A DNA stretch of 63,470 nt, counting the filler, from Pelomyxa schiedti (Eukaryota; Protista; Evosea), in assembly GCA_020536535.1 (NCBI GenBank). It is 12 parts of 12 records of this genome, joined end to end, with 100 filler letters (N's around TTAATTAATTAA, not from the genome) between each part and the next. Parts side by side here need not be neighbours in the genome. Positions count along the whole stretch, not along the records: positions 10,613 to 21,897 come from JAHLWZ010000411.1; positions 21,998 to 26,745 come from JAHLWZ010001557.1; 10 more parts are not named here. The stretch is one strand, 5' to 3'. Both the position numbers and the translations under genes were made by a program. Within the stretch, counting starts at the first letter, position 1; each line of letters starts with the position of its first letter. This document shows, piece after piece, positions 11,930 through 23,999 of the stretch. The notes below the pieces were generated by a model. The model ran no database searches. It was not told the origin of the DNA and worked only from the letters and a program-made list of their open reading frames with translations.

Positions 11930-12067
11930 ACCTGATACACAAAACTCCTCCGTGAGGTTACTCTAGGGGGAGGTTTCATTTGTCAGGCAGAATGATCTTA
12001 CCTACATCGACCCGTGGGATTCTTGCTCCCATGACGAGGTCCAGTGGGGTCTGACACAATTTTTTGG
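11930..12067 (+). ncRNA. Candidate two-hairpin small RNA (H/ACA-like or Sm-class)
   Basis: Hairpin 1 at 11931-11987. Hairpin 2 has GAUCUUAC/GUGGGGUC and CGUGGGA/UCCCAUG stems. These are followed by ACA-CAA and AAUUUUUUGG. Confidence 0.55.
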
Positions 12068-12521
12068 CACTCACCTTCTACTCATGCACTTTCAAATCTT
12101 CTGGTGTGCAGGAAAAACTGTCTGGCAGACACAAAAACAAAACTCACTTGAGCACTAAGTCAAGGACTGGAAAACACACTTGGGGGTGGAACTGGCGTAC
12201 TGCACATAGCACTTTTCGCGGCTTTCCCACATGAATCATGAATGGGCTGTTCTGTGTATGGACCTTTCCCGCTTCGTGAGAATTACGAATTCAAGTCATA
12301 TCAAATGGAAGGTTCCCAGTAAGGCCAAAATCGCGTGGCTTTTTCCTGTTGTTCGCCTGGTTTCCCAGTTTTTACTTCGACAAACTGCATCTTGATGGCA
12401 AAACATCCAGGAACTTAATTCTTTTTTCGCTAATTGACAAGGAACCAAAAAAAACCAAAGGTGTGCAGCGGGTATTGTGCACAAGGCCGGCGCGTCGTTG
12501 GTCAGTTAGATCCAGATCCAA

Positions 12522-12766
12522 ATGCCGCGGTGGTGGTCAAGGAGATCTAGAGATGGCGAAGAAGCGACTGCTGCAAAGACCTCCGGAGAAGGTGATGGTA
12601 ATGACAGCAGTGGCACCAACAAGGGGACTCGTGCCGCCGCTGGTACTGATAGCGTCAGTGTTGCAACCAGCAATAGTGTGGGTGGAACGAGGTGGAAAAG
12701 GTTGCTGGGCTTGTTCAAGGTTTTGATCGTTGTGTCAGTTGGCTTCACTATTATTGTTGCTGGTAC

Positions 12767-12825
<59 letters not shown>

Positions 12826-15821
12826 TTTTCTCTTTTCTTTTCTCAGTCGAGCTCGCTCTACCTTGAAAACTTATTGTGGGAATCAAGTTAGTGTGCCTGT
12901 GGCACTGGCAACAAAGGCTGGTGTGAATGGGGTGTCTGAAGTATTGGTGCACCTGATGGATTCCCTTGGAGCTTCCACCAAGTCAACCACGTACTTTTCT
13001 TATATCTTTATCCCTTGGCTTAATCCGCGCCTAGATATGGATATCTTACCACCGGCATGTCAGTTGCCTTTATGATTGCAGACTCTTGTTCGTCCCTTAT
13101 TCCAGATGTCGACACGTCTACCAATACGACTGCACGTTTACCAAGGGAGAGCTTCCTGGAAATTGAAGAGCACATTCTCTCAATTGTAAGAAAGCTGGAC
13201 CCTCAGTCGCACATACGATATGCGTATTGGGTCAGCGATCTTGGAGAAATGTCCTGTGTGTCGTTTACGCCAGAGGGAATTGATTTCCAAGTTCGTCCTG
13301 CTCATTTTTTTGATTACAACGAGTAACATAAGAGTTAGGAAGTACGATTACTTGATAATGGCACTGCTACAAATCAACTAGAATGGCCCGTTACATCAGA
13401 TGGAGTTTCGCCGTCATATCCTGATAACTATACAGACATAGGTACAGCGCATTCTTTTTTTTATTTTATTTAATCGTAACAATTTTCTAGGATGGTATTC
13501 TCTACTAGACTGGTTCCCCTATGAAATCACTGACTACGTGTGGTATACCGTTTCTTACAGCGAGCTCAATCCTGAAGGTGACCCTGAAATGATTGCTTCC
13601 TTTTTTGTTCCTTATATGGTGAATGGAACCTGCAGAAGTTTTTTCGGAGTGGTGTGCGTTTTACAATCCTTCCGCATTTATTGAAAAAAGTCTATAGGAC
13701 ATACGTCTCACTGATATATCTTCATATCTTCGTAAAGAATTGAATGTATCTGCTCACGCTGAAGCATTCCTCACACAGGAGGAGGGATACCTTCTCGCCA
13801 CTTCCGCTGACATCCCTCTGTTTATTGATAATGTGGAAGATGCTCTTTATTTAGCATCTGAGTGCAACAGTTCTTTGATATCGTCTGTTACTCGCTCAGT
13901 AGAGAAGAAATGTGGTACTGCATATGATTCAAGCTGCCAATACCCACTCAAAGTGGAAGCCGTGGAAGAAAATGGGAGAAAAGTGTCTTGTTCTGTGAAC
14001 TACTACCCGTTATTTCGGGAATATGAGTTAAATTGGAACTTGATTGTGGCAATTCCCTTCAACGATTTCACGGATTCTTTAAAACGTCATAATCGTCTTA
14101 ATGTGACACTATCAGCCTTGATTCTGCTTATATTGACTGTGTTTTTAACTGTCCTGATACTGGGTCTTACAAACAGAGTGGCCCACGCACGCCTGAAAAT
14201 TCATGATGCCGAATTATCTCCCGATCTAGATTTGAATTCTGGATTAGAAAAAGTCTTGCTGACACTTGAAGGTCTACAATACCAAGTGCGAGACAGAAAC
14301 ATCAGAAAAACACTCCGCGGGGTCGTTTCACAGCTCGTGGGAAGCGTTAACAGGTTCATTTATTGAATTTCCAAATTCGAATGTTCTAATTAAGTGTAGT
14401 GGGAAGCTTTTTGCCCCAGCCTTATCAACGAATATGTTCAATAGAGAAACCAAAGAATGGTTACAAGTAGAACTTGGCCAAAATTTGACTGGTGATACAA
14501 CACCGTTCTTCTGCGCAACAAGTACCCCAAATACACCGACTTCACACAGGCTACATAGAACCGTATCTCACATAACACCACATGCATCCAGGCCACCTAC
14601 ACCAACTGTGTCACAAATCGACGCACAAATGGCAATTTCCCTCGGCCTCTACAACTGGTCTTTCCCAATCTTCCAGTTCTCCACATACACATCTCACCCT
14701 CTTGTGGTAATGGGCTCTATCATATTCGAACCACTTGTTCTGTCAATGAGCCTTCCTCAAAAGGAATTGCTGTCGTTTTTCTCTTCTGTTGAGGCAATGT
14801 ATCAAGATGTACCTTTTCACAGTGTATGGCATGCCGCTGACGTTCTGCAAGCTACGTACGTTCTTCTCGAGGAACTCAGTAAAAAAGTTGTGCTTTCCGA
14901 TTTGGAAAAATTCGCTCAGCTCATTGCTGCCGCCATTCATGACGTTGGACACCCTGTAAGCTAATAAAACAAATTGGCAGCAAGTTAAGATTCACTTGAA
15001 TATAGGGCCTGAATAATTCGTTTCAAGTACAAGCTGAAACAGACTTGGCTTTTCAGTACAATGACCAGAGTGTACTGGAAAATTTCCATGCCAAAACAGG
15101 TCTCTCCCTTCTCAATGAGAGCGGCTTGACAGCAGATATGGATCCCTCGGAGCAAAAAGCGTTAAGAAGTTTGATCATTTCCCTGATTTTGGCGACAGAT
15201 ATGTCTCAGCACTGGAGAGTAAGACTCAAATGGATTCTGCCAAATCTTGCACTGAACGTAATTAGGTTGTATCAGAATTCAAGACTGTCAGCCAGCACGG
15301 TAAGATAACTGGCGATGGAAAACTGCTTGTGATGAAGATGCTCATGAAAATTGCAGACATAAGGTACAAATACTATTTCAAGAGCCGCTTTCTTATCAGT
15401 TTCCCGTCCAGCAATGTCACACGAAGCGGTGAGACAATGAAAACGTGGGCAGAAAGAATGACAGAGGAATTCTTCCTGCAAGGTTGCTCCCACCTTTTAC
15501 CGTCAACTCCATATTCAATGCACTCCAGGCGATGAGGAGCGAAAACTGGGTTTCGTTTCTCCTGTATTTATGAACAGATTGCAGGCCACGGCCGCAACCA
15601 AAGTCCAAACCCAGGTATGGTGGTCTCTTCCACAACCAAACAACGCTAACCCAATAAAATGTCAGGTAAACTTCCTGCAGCTGGTTGCACGGCCTGCTAT
15701 GGACGCCTACAACGAATTTTGTGCAGTGCCCGAACTGATAACTAATCTAAATTCCAACTGGGAGTATTGGAATTCACAGCTTCAAGAGTGCTCGAGCAGT
15801 GCACCCATGAAGAATTTGTAG
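12522..15821 (+). CDS. Membrane-anchored class I cyclic-nucleotide phosphodiesterase with an extracellular domain between two TM helices; multi-exon
   Basis: PFHSVWHAADVLQ, AAAIHDVGHP/GLNN, YNDQSVLENFH, LILATDMSQH, MKIADI/SN and WAERMTEEFFLQ/GD. TMs near 12710-12760 and 14100-14170. The frame across the poly-T intron at 12762-12846 is unresolved. Confidence 0.85.
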
Positions 15822-15963
15822 TCGTAAAAAAAAAAAAAAAAAAAAAAAAACGAAATTCAAACACCGGGCACATTCACTTGCCTGCACGAATTTTACACGT
15901 ATCGGCCGCCCCTTGAACGGATCTATGTAAAAACCTGAGATCTACAAATCATTCGCTACGAAT

Positions 15964-16950
15964 ATGGGGGCAAGTGTGGGGCACAACGCCGTTCGCATTG
16001 TTGCGTTCGGAGGCAGTTCGGCATCTGGGTCAGATCTGGCCAACACGTCTGGTACGCCTACCGAGATAATGCTGGACGTTGTTTCGGGAGTCGAGGCGGA
16101 AATACACCACGACTGCTGTCTCAAGTGCGAGGAAGATCTTGACTACATTTTCACGTGCTCGCCGGAGCCGTTTACGGCGGAACAGGAGCACAACACGCTT
16201 CTTCTCTCCGTGGCGTATGCGCCCAAGAGAGGGGCAAATTTCACGCTATACATTGAGTTAAACATTGACGCGCTTACGGCAGCACTAACGCCTAGCTCCT
16301 CGGTGCATACTTCCAGCAGTCCGCACCCTTGTACACAACACTCTCCCACTGGGCCCGTTGTGGTTCCCTCACAATCACCCTCGCGATTATCTTCCCCGTC
16401 ACCTTCGCCCACAAACACTCCATCTCCTCCAAACACACCCTCTACTCCTACAGAGGCCCACCTCGATCATCACTCGGGGGCAACAGTTAATACGCCGCTT
16501 TCGCACTCCCCAGACAATGCCCCTCCATCGCCGGCAACCGCACATCCGGTATCTACATCGCCTTCTTCGATTCATTTGTCAGAGGAGACCACACCGTCCT
16601 ACACAGAACAGGCTCCGCAAGCACCTCTTCACTCGCCATTACTATCTCGCGCGGTTCTCAGCTTTGGTGCACCGGCTTTGGCTTTCCGATCACGGGAAGC
16701 CATAGAGGACCCAAAGGCACCAATTAGTGCCCACTCTATTGACCACATAGAGAGGTCTCACACACCACCAGCCTCCCCTTCAGGCAGCCAGTCTACAACC
16801 GTTTTCAAGCTTACATTTGGGCTTATATTCCCCAGTGCTCAGTTTGATAGGAGGCCAGATTCCTCCACAAGTGTGGCCGTGGAGGGCACAGTCTACCTCA
16901 AGTGGAGAAGGAAGGCAACAACATCACCAGCAACAGCAAACAGAGTGTGA
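15964..16950 (+). CDS. Hypothetical protein with a central Pro/Ser/Thr-rich region
   Basis: 328-aa intronless ATG-started ORF. No motif recognised. Confidence 0.5.
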   Translation: MGASVGHNAVRIVAFGGSSASGSDLANTSGTPTEIMLDVVSGVEAEIHHDCCLKCEEDLDYIFTCSPEPFTAEQEHNTLLLSVAYAPKRGANFTLYIELNIDALTAALTPSSSVHTSSSPHPCTQHSPTGPVVVPSQSPSRLSSPSPSPTNTPSPPNTPSTPTEAHLDHHSGATVNTPLSHSPDNAPPSPATAHPVSTSPSSIHLSEETTPSYTEQAPQAPLHSPLLSRAVLSFGAPALAFRSREAIEDPKAPISAHSIDHIERSHTPPASPSGSQSTTVFKLTFGLIFPSAQFDRRPDSSTSVAVEGTVYLKWRRKATTSPATANRV

Positions 16951-17059
16951 AATGGAAGGAGTTTGTATCAACGCATATGTAACGATACATAAATTTCGTT
17001 TGGGCTTCATTTTTTTGGTCATTCATGAACGTTACAGAAAAATTTTCAAAATGATGAAG

Positions 17060-18370
17060 TCAGGAGGTATAGACGCCTTCTCTTTCAGCAAGAGGTGTGA
17101 GCATTTCCAGGATCCAGGGTGCTACACGTGGAGCAACAGAGCAGGCTGTGCTGAGAATGTAGCCACCGCCAGGCATTCCTGTCCGGATTCTATCCACGGC
17201 GTGCTGTTCTACCTGCTGTGGGGTGGTGAATGACAGCATTTCGACTGAGTTCATGTTTCCCTTGAGGAAGAGTTGCCGGCCAACTTGCTCCTTGGCTACT
17301 GAGAGTTCAGTGTTACCAAGTGGGGGTGGGTCTAGAGTGTCTATTCCGTGCGTTCCGGTCTGTATTTGGTTTACAAAAAAAGCCTGATTCTTAGGTTTTA
17401 CCTGTGCCATGAGTTCAAGCCTATCTCCTATCTTTCCGCATGCATGGGTATACACCTTGACATTGGGAGCCGCAGTAACTATGTTCTCCACAACTTTCCT
17501 TTCAAAAGGAAGTACGAATTTCCTGTACATTCTTGAGCTCAAAAAGGGACCCCCAGAAAAAGCTGAAGATATGAGAACTGCATCAGCTCCAGCACAGGCA
17601 AGAGCAACACCAAGGGCTGAAGAGGGCTTCACAAGAGCATCTATAAGTGAAACACAGTTATCAGGGTCTGTAGCAAGAGCTTCTAATGCACGCTCGTAGC
17701 CAAGAAGTTCAACAAAATGAGTGAAAGGTGAAAAAGTTTCACAATGAACAGATACTTCGTTCCCTGTAGTCTATTGTGAGGAANNNNNNNNNNNNNNNNN
17801 NNNNNNNNNNNNNNNNNNNNNNNNNNNNNNNNNNNNNNNNNNNNNNNNNNNNNNNNNNNNNNNNNNNNNNNNNNNNNNNNNNNGCTCTTGTAAGTGACCC
17901 ACCACCACTAGGGACTAAAATCGGAGAATCATCTGGGGGAAATATCTTGGGGCAAATGAAAAAAAAAAAGATGTTCGTTATAGTTAATACAAACAAATAA
18001 AACACAAAAATAGCGAAGTTAGGACTACTTAATAGAGGGAAAAAAGGAGAGAGAGCAATACAGTTGTGAAGCCGTTGTCCCACAACACATGTTCCCTCCC
18101 ATCATCCACTTTCACGTTGACCATGTGCCTGGCCACGGCCTCTTCGGGCCTCCCTGGGATGTTTATCAATATTCCATCGAACCTGTACCTCCTCTGCATC
18201 GCCACCAGGGCCTCAGCGAACCCCTCGCTCGTGAAGAACACCTTGTGCGGCGCCACCCCCGAGTGCAAGAAGTAGTGGCCCATCGTGAGCTGGCACATCA
18301 CAGGCACGCGGTCCGGCAGCGCCCCGGGCCTCATTCCCATGGCTCGCGCAATCCTCTCCCGCCCGTTCAT
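17060..18370 (-). CDS. UroD/MtaA-CmuA family (methylcobamide methyltransferase-like) protein, spliced; middle exons misplaced at 21377-21897
   Basis: MNGRERIARAM...PDRVPV, YRKFVLPFERK, YTHACGKI, LKGNMNSV and GGGYILSTACSV. Confidence 0.8.
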
Positions 18371-18505
18371 TTTTCGGTACACAGCGATAAACGAAACGAA
18401 CGGAAAGCGAAAGTCTTGATCCTAACACTTTCTTCACAGTGAAGTCAACAAAAAAGAACCAAAAAAAACCGACACACAAGCAAAACCAACGCAGTGGTGG
18501 GCAAA

Positions 18506-21276
18506 ATGAAAGTGGTATGGAGCAACGTTGTGTGCGCTCAGCGGCCCTCTCCCACTTCAGTGACGCCGACTGATTCTACCCAAACACAAAACGCTGCGTC
18601 CGACTCTCCGCCAGCACCAACACCCACAATTCCATCGACTGCAACGCTACCAGCGACTCCTGCTGTTGTCTCTGTTTCGGAACCGGCCTCCTCAGATTCT
18701 CAGGCTGCGGCAGTCACGGAGACCACCGTAGTCACCAGCAGTAGCAGTGGCGGCGCCAGTGACACGGGGATTATGGGTGTTGGAACCAGGAGGAATTCCC
18801 ACTGTAGCGTTGTGTACCGGGGCACAATGTATGTGTATGGTGGATTTGATGGCACTAACATACTTGGTATGTATTCTGTCCAAAATCTTTCATTATGCTT
18901 TCATTATGAACTGGCGTTCCTGATCTTTCTTATTTTTTCCCCCTTTTCTACAGGGGATATAATTAGCCTGGATTTATCCAGGGTTTTGTCTTGTTATGGA
19001 GGAGAAGGGGGTGATTTGCCAATGTGGGACACTGTACCGCAGATTAACCCACCTCCACCGCGGCATAGTTCTAGTGCTGTTCTATACAAAAATTCCATGT
19101 CAAGCTTTCCTCCTTCTTATTGCCCATATCCCTTTCTCACTCACTCTCCTAACCTCTATTGACAGGTATGTATTTGGTGGAGCGACAAATAAAGGAACCA
19201 CAAACGACCTTCTTTCATTCAGCTTTTTAACACGGACATGGACTGTGATAGCACCAACAACTCCGCTCAACAAGTGCCCATTACCTAGGTAAAGTCCTTC
19301 CCAATGATGTGCTCTTGTACACTTTATTCCCAAACACCAACCCTACAGGTGTGGACACTGTTCAGTTTTGTGGCGTCACTCCATGTTGGTGCACGGAGGA
19401 TTCTGCGATCAGGAGCATTCATCAAGTGACTCTGAACTGTGGATGTTCGATCTGGTGACCCTCAACTGGGAGTGCTGTTCAGTAACACCCATTTCTGGCG
19501 CAACGCTTCCCTGTCTTCCTCATTTCCACTCAGCTGTCATTCATGAAGATAAATTGTATATCCTTGATGGAAAATCAACTGCTACTCCCGAGTATAAGAG
19601 GTTTGTTCACATCCATAAAAGCAAACACAGTCACTGTTTTCGCTGTTTAATTTGATTTTAACTCAGCCCACATTACTTTATTGATCTCAAGACACTTCAG
19701 TTGCAGTTCCTGCCCACACCACCTCGTCCCCAAGTTGCCGTTTTTGGCCACACTTGTGCCTGGGTATTAGGAACATCACTACTAATTTATGTCGGTGGAT
19801 TCTATTGGGCTGGGAAAAGAGCACTGCATGACGTAGCTCTGTTTGATGTTGCCACAAACCATTGGACAGGTTTGTCTGTTTCCAATAGTGAGGCCAACAA
19901 TATTCATGATCTCATAGAAATAGCCTCTGAAGGTGATTTTTGTGATCTTTACTTTCATGTGTTGGCATATTGGCAAGGAAAGTGTGTACAATACCACTCA
20001 CTCAAGTAGTTTTATAAAATTTGTACAGCGTATTTATTATGGGAGGAATTCCCGGTAAGTCAGCCCTATCTACTCTTGACCGGTTCTGGCACTGCTCAAT
20101 GACCGGATTTCCACTTGATAACATTTCAAAACTCCCAGACGATGTCTTGTGCAACGTTATTCAGCGGCTTTCACCATTAGAGATAGTGTCAATTCGTAGG
20201 GTTTGTTGTTCACTCGTTTATCCTTTGTAATTGTCCAAATATACAGGTAAATAAGAGACTGTACAATTTTTGCTATCAAGAAAGTGTACTTCTAGCCATT
20301 GTGGAATATCATAAAATACCCCTTCCTTCCACTCTGAAAGCCACTATTGGGCAGTTTGAGCGGTGCCAACAATTGTATTATACTTTAGTTTCAAGAGCCT
20401 TTCCAAACCGCATGTGGTTGCCAATGAAAAACATTCCAGTACCACCGGCTCAACCCACTAAGAATCGGGAATCCTTCCTAATTGCCGTGCTTGGTGCTGG
20501 AGGGGTTGGAAAAACTTGCCTCGTCGTTCAGTTTGTACAAGGAGTACGTTCTCTATTTCTATGAAAGCAACAAACTCACAATAAAACTTAGATCTTTGTC
20601 GAGGTACAGAAATCATTCTCCTACTCCCAAACTTACAGCAAACCAAAAGAGAGCCGATCCTTACATTGATGATTCCTATCGTAAACAGATTGAGGTAGAC
20701 TACAAAATGTCGGCTCTCACCATCTAAGTTTCTCAGATTGAGAACCGTCAATTTATGCTTGAAATTTACGACACCGCTGGCACTGAACAGTTTGTTAACA
20801 ACTCAAGTCGTTACTGCTAAATTGAAAACTCGATAGGTTCACAGCCATGCGCGATCTGTATATGAAGGTAAAAATATCATACAAGTGTTACTAACTCGGC
20901 GTCAGAATGCAATGGTATGCATAATATGTTTTAGCTTGGTATGCCGGCCCACACTCGATATGGCACAAGAGCTGTTGGAGCAGGTATACAGTATCAAAGA
21001 TACAAGAGAAGCACCCGTTGTGTTATGTGGTTGTAAGTGTGACTTGGCAGCCGAAAGGCAAATCACTTTAGAAGGCCTGCAAATGGCCCAGGCCCATAAC
21101 ATTCCGGTAAAAGTGCTTTTTTTTTCCATTGACATCTAACAGACACCCACATAGTATGTTGAAACAAGTGGCAGAAATAAAATCAATTGCGACACAGTCT
21201 TTACGCAAGCCCTTCGAACTTACCTCAACATTACATACAAAAATGGACCACCAGCTCAACCACAACAAAAATGTTC
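18506..21276 (+). CDS. Kelch-repeat + F-box + Rap/Ras GTPase fusion protein, multi-exon; C-terminus runs into a gap
   Basis: Kelch blades RRNSHCSVVYRGTMYVYGG, PPPRHSSSAV...YVFGG, R/CGHCSV...LVHGG and FGHTC...YVGG. F-box ISKLPDDVLCNVIQRLSPLEIVSIRR/VNKRL. GTPase GAGGVGKT, DDSYRKQ, DTAGTEQ/FTAMRDLYMK, CKCD and ETSG. Confidence 0.8.
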
Positions 21277-21376
21277 NNNNNNNNNNNNNNNNNNNNNNNN
21301 NNNNNNNNNNNNNNNNNNNNNNNNNNNNNNNNNNNNNNNNNNNNNNNNNNNNNNNNNNNNNNNNNNNNNNNNNNNN

Positions 21377-21897
21377 AGGGTCTGTAGCAAGAGCTTCTAA
21401 TGCACGCTCGTAGCCAAGAAGTTCAACAAAATGAGTGAAAGGTGAAAAAGTTTCACAATGAACAGATACTTCGTTCCCTGTAGTCTATTGTGAGGAAAAA
21501 ATACAGAGAATAGAATGTGTGAGTGTATTTGGTCTGGTTATGGCAGTATTTACCAACTAATGATTTAACAATTTCAAATGTTCTTGTGAAATACGGCGGG
21601 ATATCTGTGATTAATCCCGTAGAAGTATACTCTTCACAAGCAATGCGGAATAAGAATACGATGTACAGTGAAGTTTGTGAAAAGACAAACCAGGAATCAA
21701 AGGAATATGGTATGTGTTCCACAAATACCCTGAGTATGTGCAAGCTTTAGCCAGTACTGAAACATCTGGTACTGGTGCTCTTGTAAGTGACCCACCACCA
21801 CTAGGGACTAAAATCGGAGAATCATCTGGGGGAAATATCTTGGGGCAAATGAAAAAAAAAAAGATGTTCGTTATAGTTAATACAAACAAATAAAACA
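21377..21897 (-). repeat. Misplaced scaffold fragment carrying the sequence missing from gap 17784-17883
   Basis: Its ends duplicate about 17662-17783 and 17884-18006. Confidence 0.85.
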
Positions 21898-21997
21898 NNN
21901 NNNNNNNNNNNNNNNNNNNNNNNNNNNNNNNNNNNNNNNNNTTAATTAATTAANNNNNNNNNNNNNNNNNNNNNNNNNNNNNNNNNNNNNNNNNNNN

Positions 21998-23980
21998 GTC
22001 ACTGTAGGATCGGCTCCTTTGTGAAGCAACAAAAGAGCAATCTGTGTTGGTTGTGAGTGTCAGTTGATATCAACGAAAACCCACATCAGTGTGCCCATTG
22101 CTGAGAGCGGAAAGGAGAGGAGTCCATCTGTGCTTGTCTGCGCTTTCCAAATTGGCACCTTTCCCAAGAAGCCAGTTCACCAGAGGAAAATTTCCAGAAT
22201 GTCTGAAATGCCCAAGAGAGCTTGTTATGAGAGAATAAATTCAAATGAATGAATAAATAGTACCTGGCAGCGTGAAGAAGTGTTGTCCCGGTCCTATCAG
22301 CTTGGTTAACTCCACCAGGTCGTGCAAGGCAACCTGAGATGTTTCTTTCCAATTCTGGAGTCAGTGTGGCTGGAGAGGCTTTGATCAGCTGAATGAGCCC
22401 TGCCAGCTTGCCATCAACAACAGGTTGGGCAAAAGCCAACCAATCCACGTGAAACTCACTCTCCTTCATTGGACAACGTGAGTACACACAGAAAGTTGGC
22501 ACACTCACCCAGTCAGGCCCAGGAATCACTTGAAATCCAGTTCTTGATACATTGGAGATGGATGACTGAGGTATCTTGTGGATGGTTGAATTGGAATTCA
22601 TTTGAGAAACCCAGGCAGTTATCCTTGGGGTCTCTGAAAATGGCTTGGCAAACAATACTGCTGTTGAACTTCTCGTGCCACTGGCAGATGATGTTAACAC
22701 TGCCGGTGTCTGATGAAGATGAGTTCTGCCACTTTCATCTTGCCACCAGCTGCTTTTCTGAATTATTATGGATACTACATTTTGGTCACCATAATGGTAA
22801 GAGAAAAGGTAAGAGCGATACCACTTTAGTTTTTCACGCAAACAAGTGACGACAGCCTTCTGGTTCTCAGCCAGCTTCGTTGTTTGCCCATAAGCAATAA
22901 TTATTTTCATATTTACGTTTATCTTAGTAGCCACCGACCACACCTGCTCTTTCATCACCTTGTTTTCTTCCTTCAGCCTTTGTATTTCCAACAACAAATC
23001 ACATCTCCCCTGGCCAACAATTGTCACAGAACCAACACACAAGGAACCTCACGTTACCGTACCACTACGACATCATCATCCATCGGTGGATACAACAAGC
23101 CTCTATCCTCGTAGGTGGTGATGTCCATGGGTCAGCAAATCAATGGAACAACTGACCTTAGCGAAGCCATCACACCTCCTCTCGATTACGGTAATCACTT
23201 CCAACTTGAACCTTGTCAAAGTGTTGCAGCACTGTTTCACAAGCCATATAGAAAGAAATATGTGCAGATGTAGGGCTTGCCAATCTGAGTGACAACCACA
23301 GTGATTTCACGTTTGGCTGTTNNNNNNNNNNNNNNNNNNNNNNNNNNNNNNNNNNNNNNNNNNNNNNNNNNNNNNNNNNNNNNNNNNNNNNNNNNNNNNN
23401 NNNNNNNNNNNNNNNNNNNNNCCAACTTGAACCTTGTCAAAGTGTTGCAGCACTGTTTCACAAGCCATATAGAAAGAAATATGTGCAGATGTAGGGCTTG
23501 CCAATCTGAGTGACAACCACAGTGATTTCACGTTTGGCTGTTTCACAACAACCTGTTTCATTGAATGCCACTGTTGGGGTCTCTAAGTTTGTGAATAACG
23601 AAGGATAATAAGAAATAACTTCGAATCATTCACCCATTAACCACCATGAAGGACAGGAGGACGAGACCCTCTTGAGGGGGGATTCTGCATATAACACCCC
23701 ACAATCATGGCACATATCTCTTTGAGTCTGGGTGCATAATTTGCCCAATAAGGCAATTTCGATGTTTTGTGACAACAGCAAGGACTTTGGCACCCCAACA
23801 GGGGCCCTCAGGGGTTACTTGACAACCCCCATGAACAGGGTTCCAGCGGAACAAGTGGTCTTGTCAATTGGAATAGCACCCACCACAACAACAGGACATG
23901 ATGGAGAGGCTGTGACGACCACTCTTCGAAGAGTTGTTCCAGGAGGAAAAAAAAAAAACAAGTGCAGTTCCCAGCCATGA
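21998..23980 (-). CDS. Coiled coil + H-type lectin-like domain + ankyrin repeats, with a possibly degenerate N-terminal RING/TRAF-like region; 3'-partial
   Basis: VLFAKPFSETPRITAW...NVSRTGFQV...VDWLAF (H-lectin pattern). GVNQADRTGTTLLHAA, GANLESADKHRWTPLLSALSNGH and LLHKGADP (ankyrin). The 5' part has stops and is uncertain. Confidence 0.6.
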
Positions 23981-23999
23981 TGCATCTAATCCCACAATG

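Noticed and set aside
12770-12823. Poly-Phe/poly-Lys ORFs
   Set aside because: An intronic poly-T tract.
12846-12870. In-frame TGA after the first PDE intron as evidence of recoding or selenocysteine
   Set aside because: The downstream reading fits another frame, the site is next to a very long poly-T, and other genes use TGA as a stop. An indel or wrong splice site is more likely.
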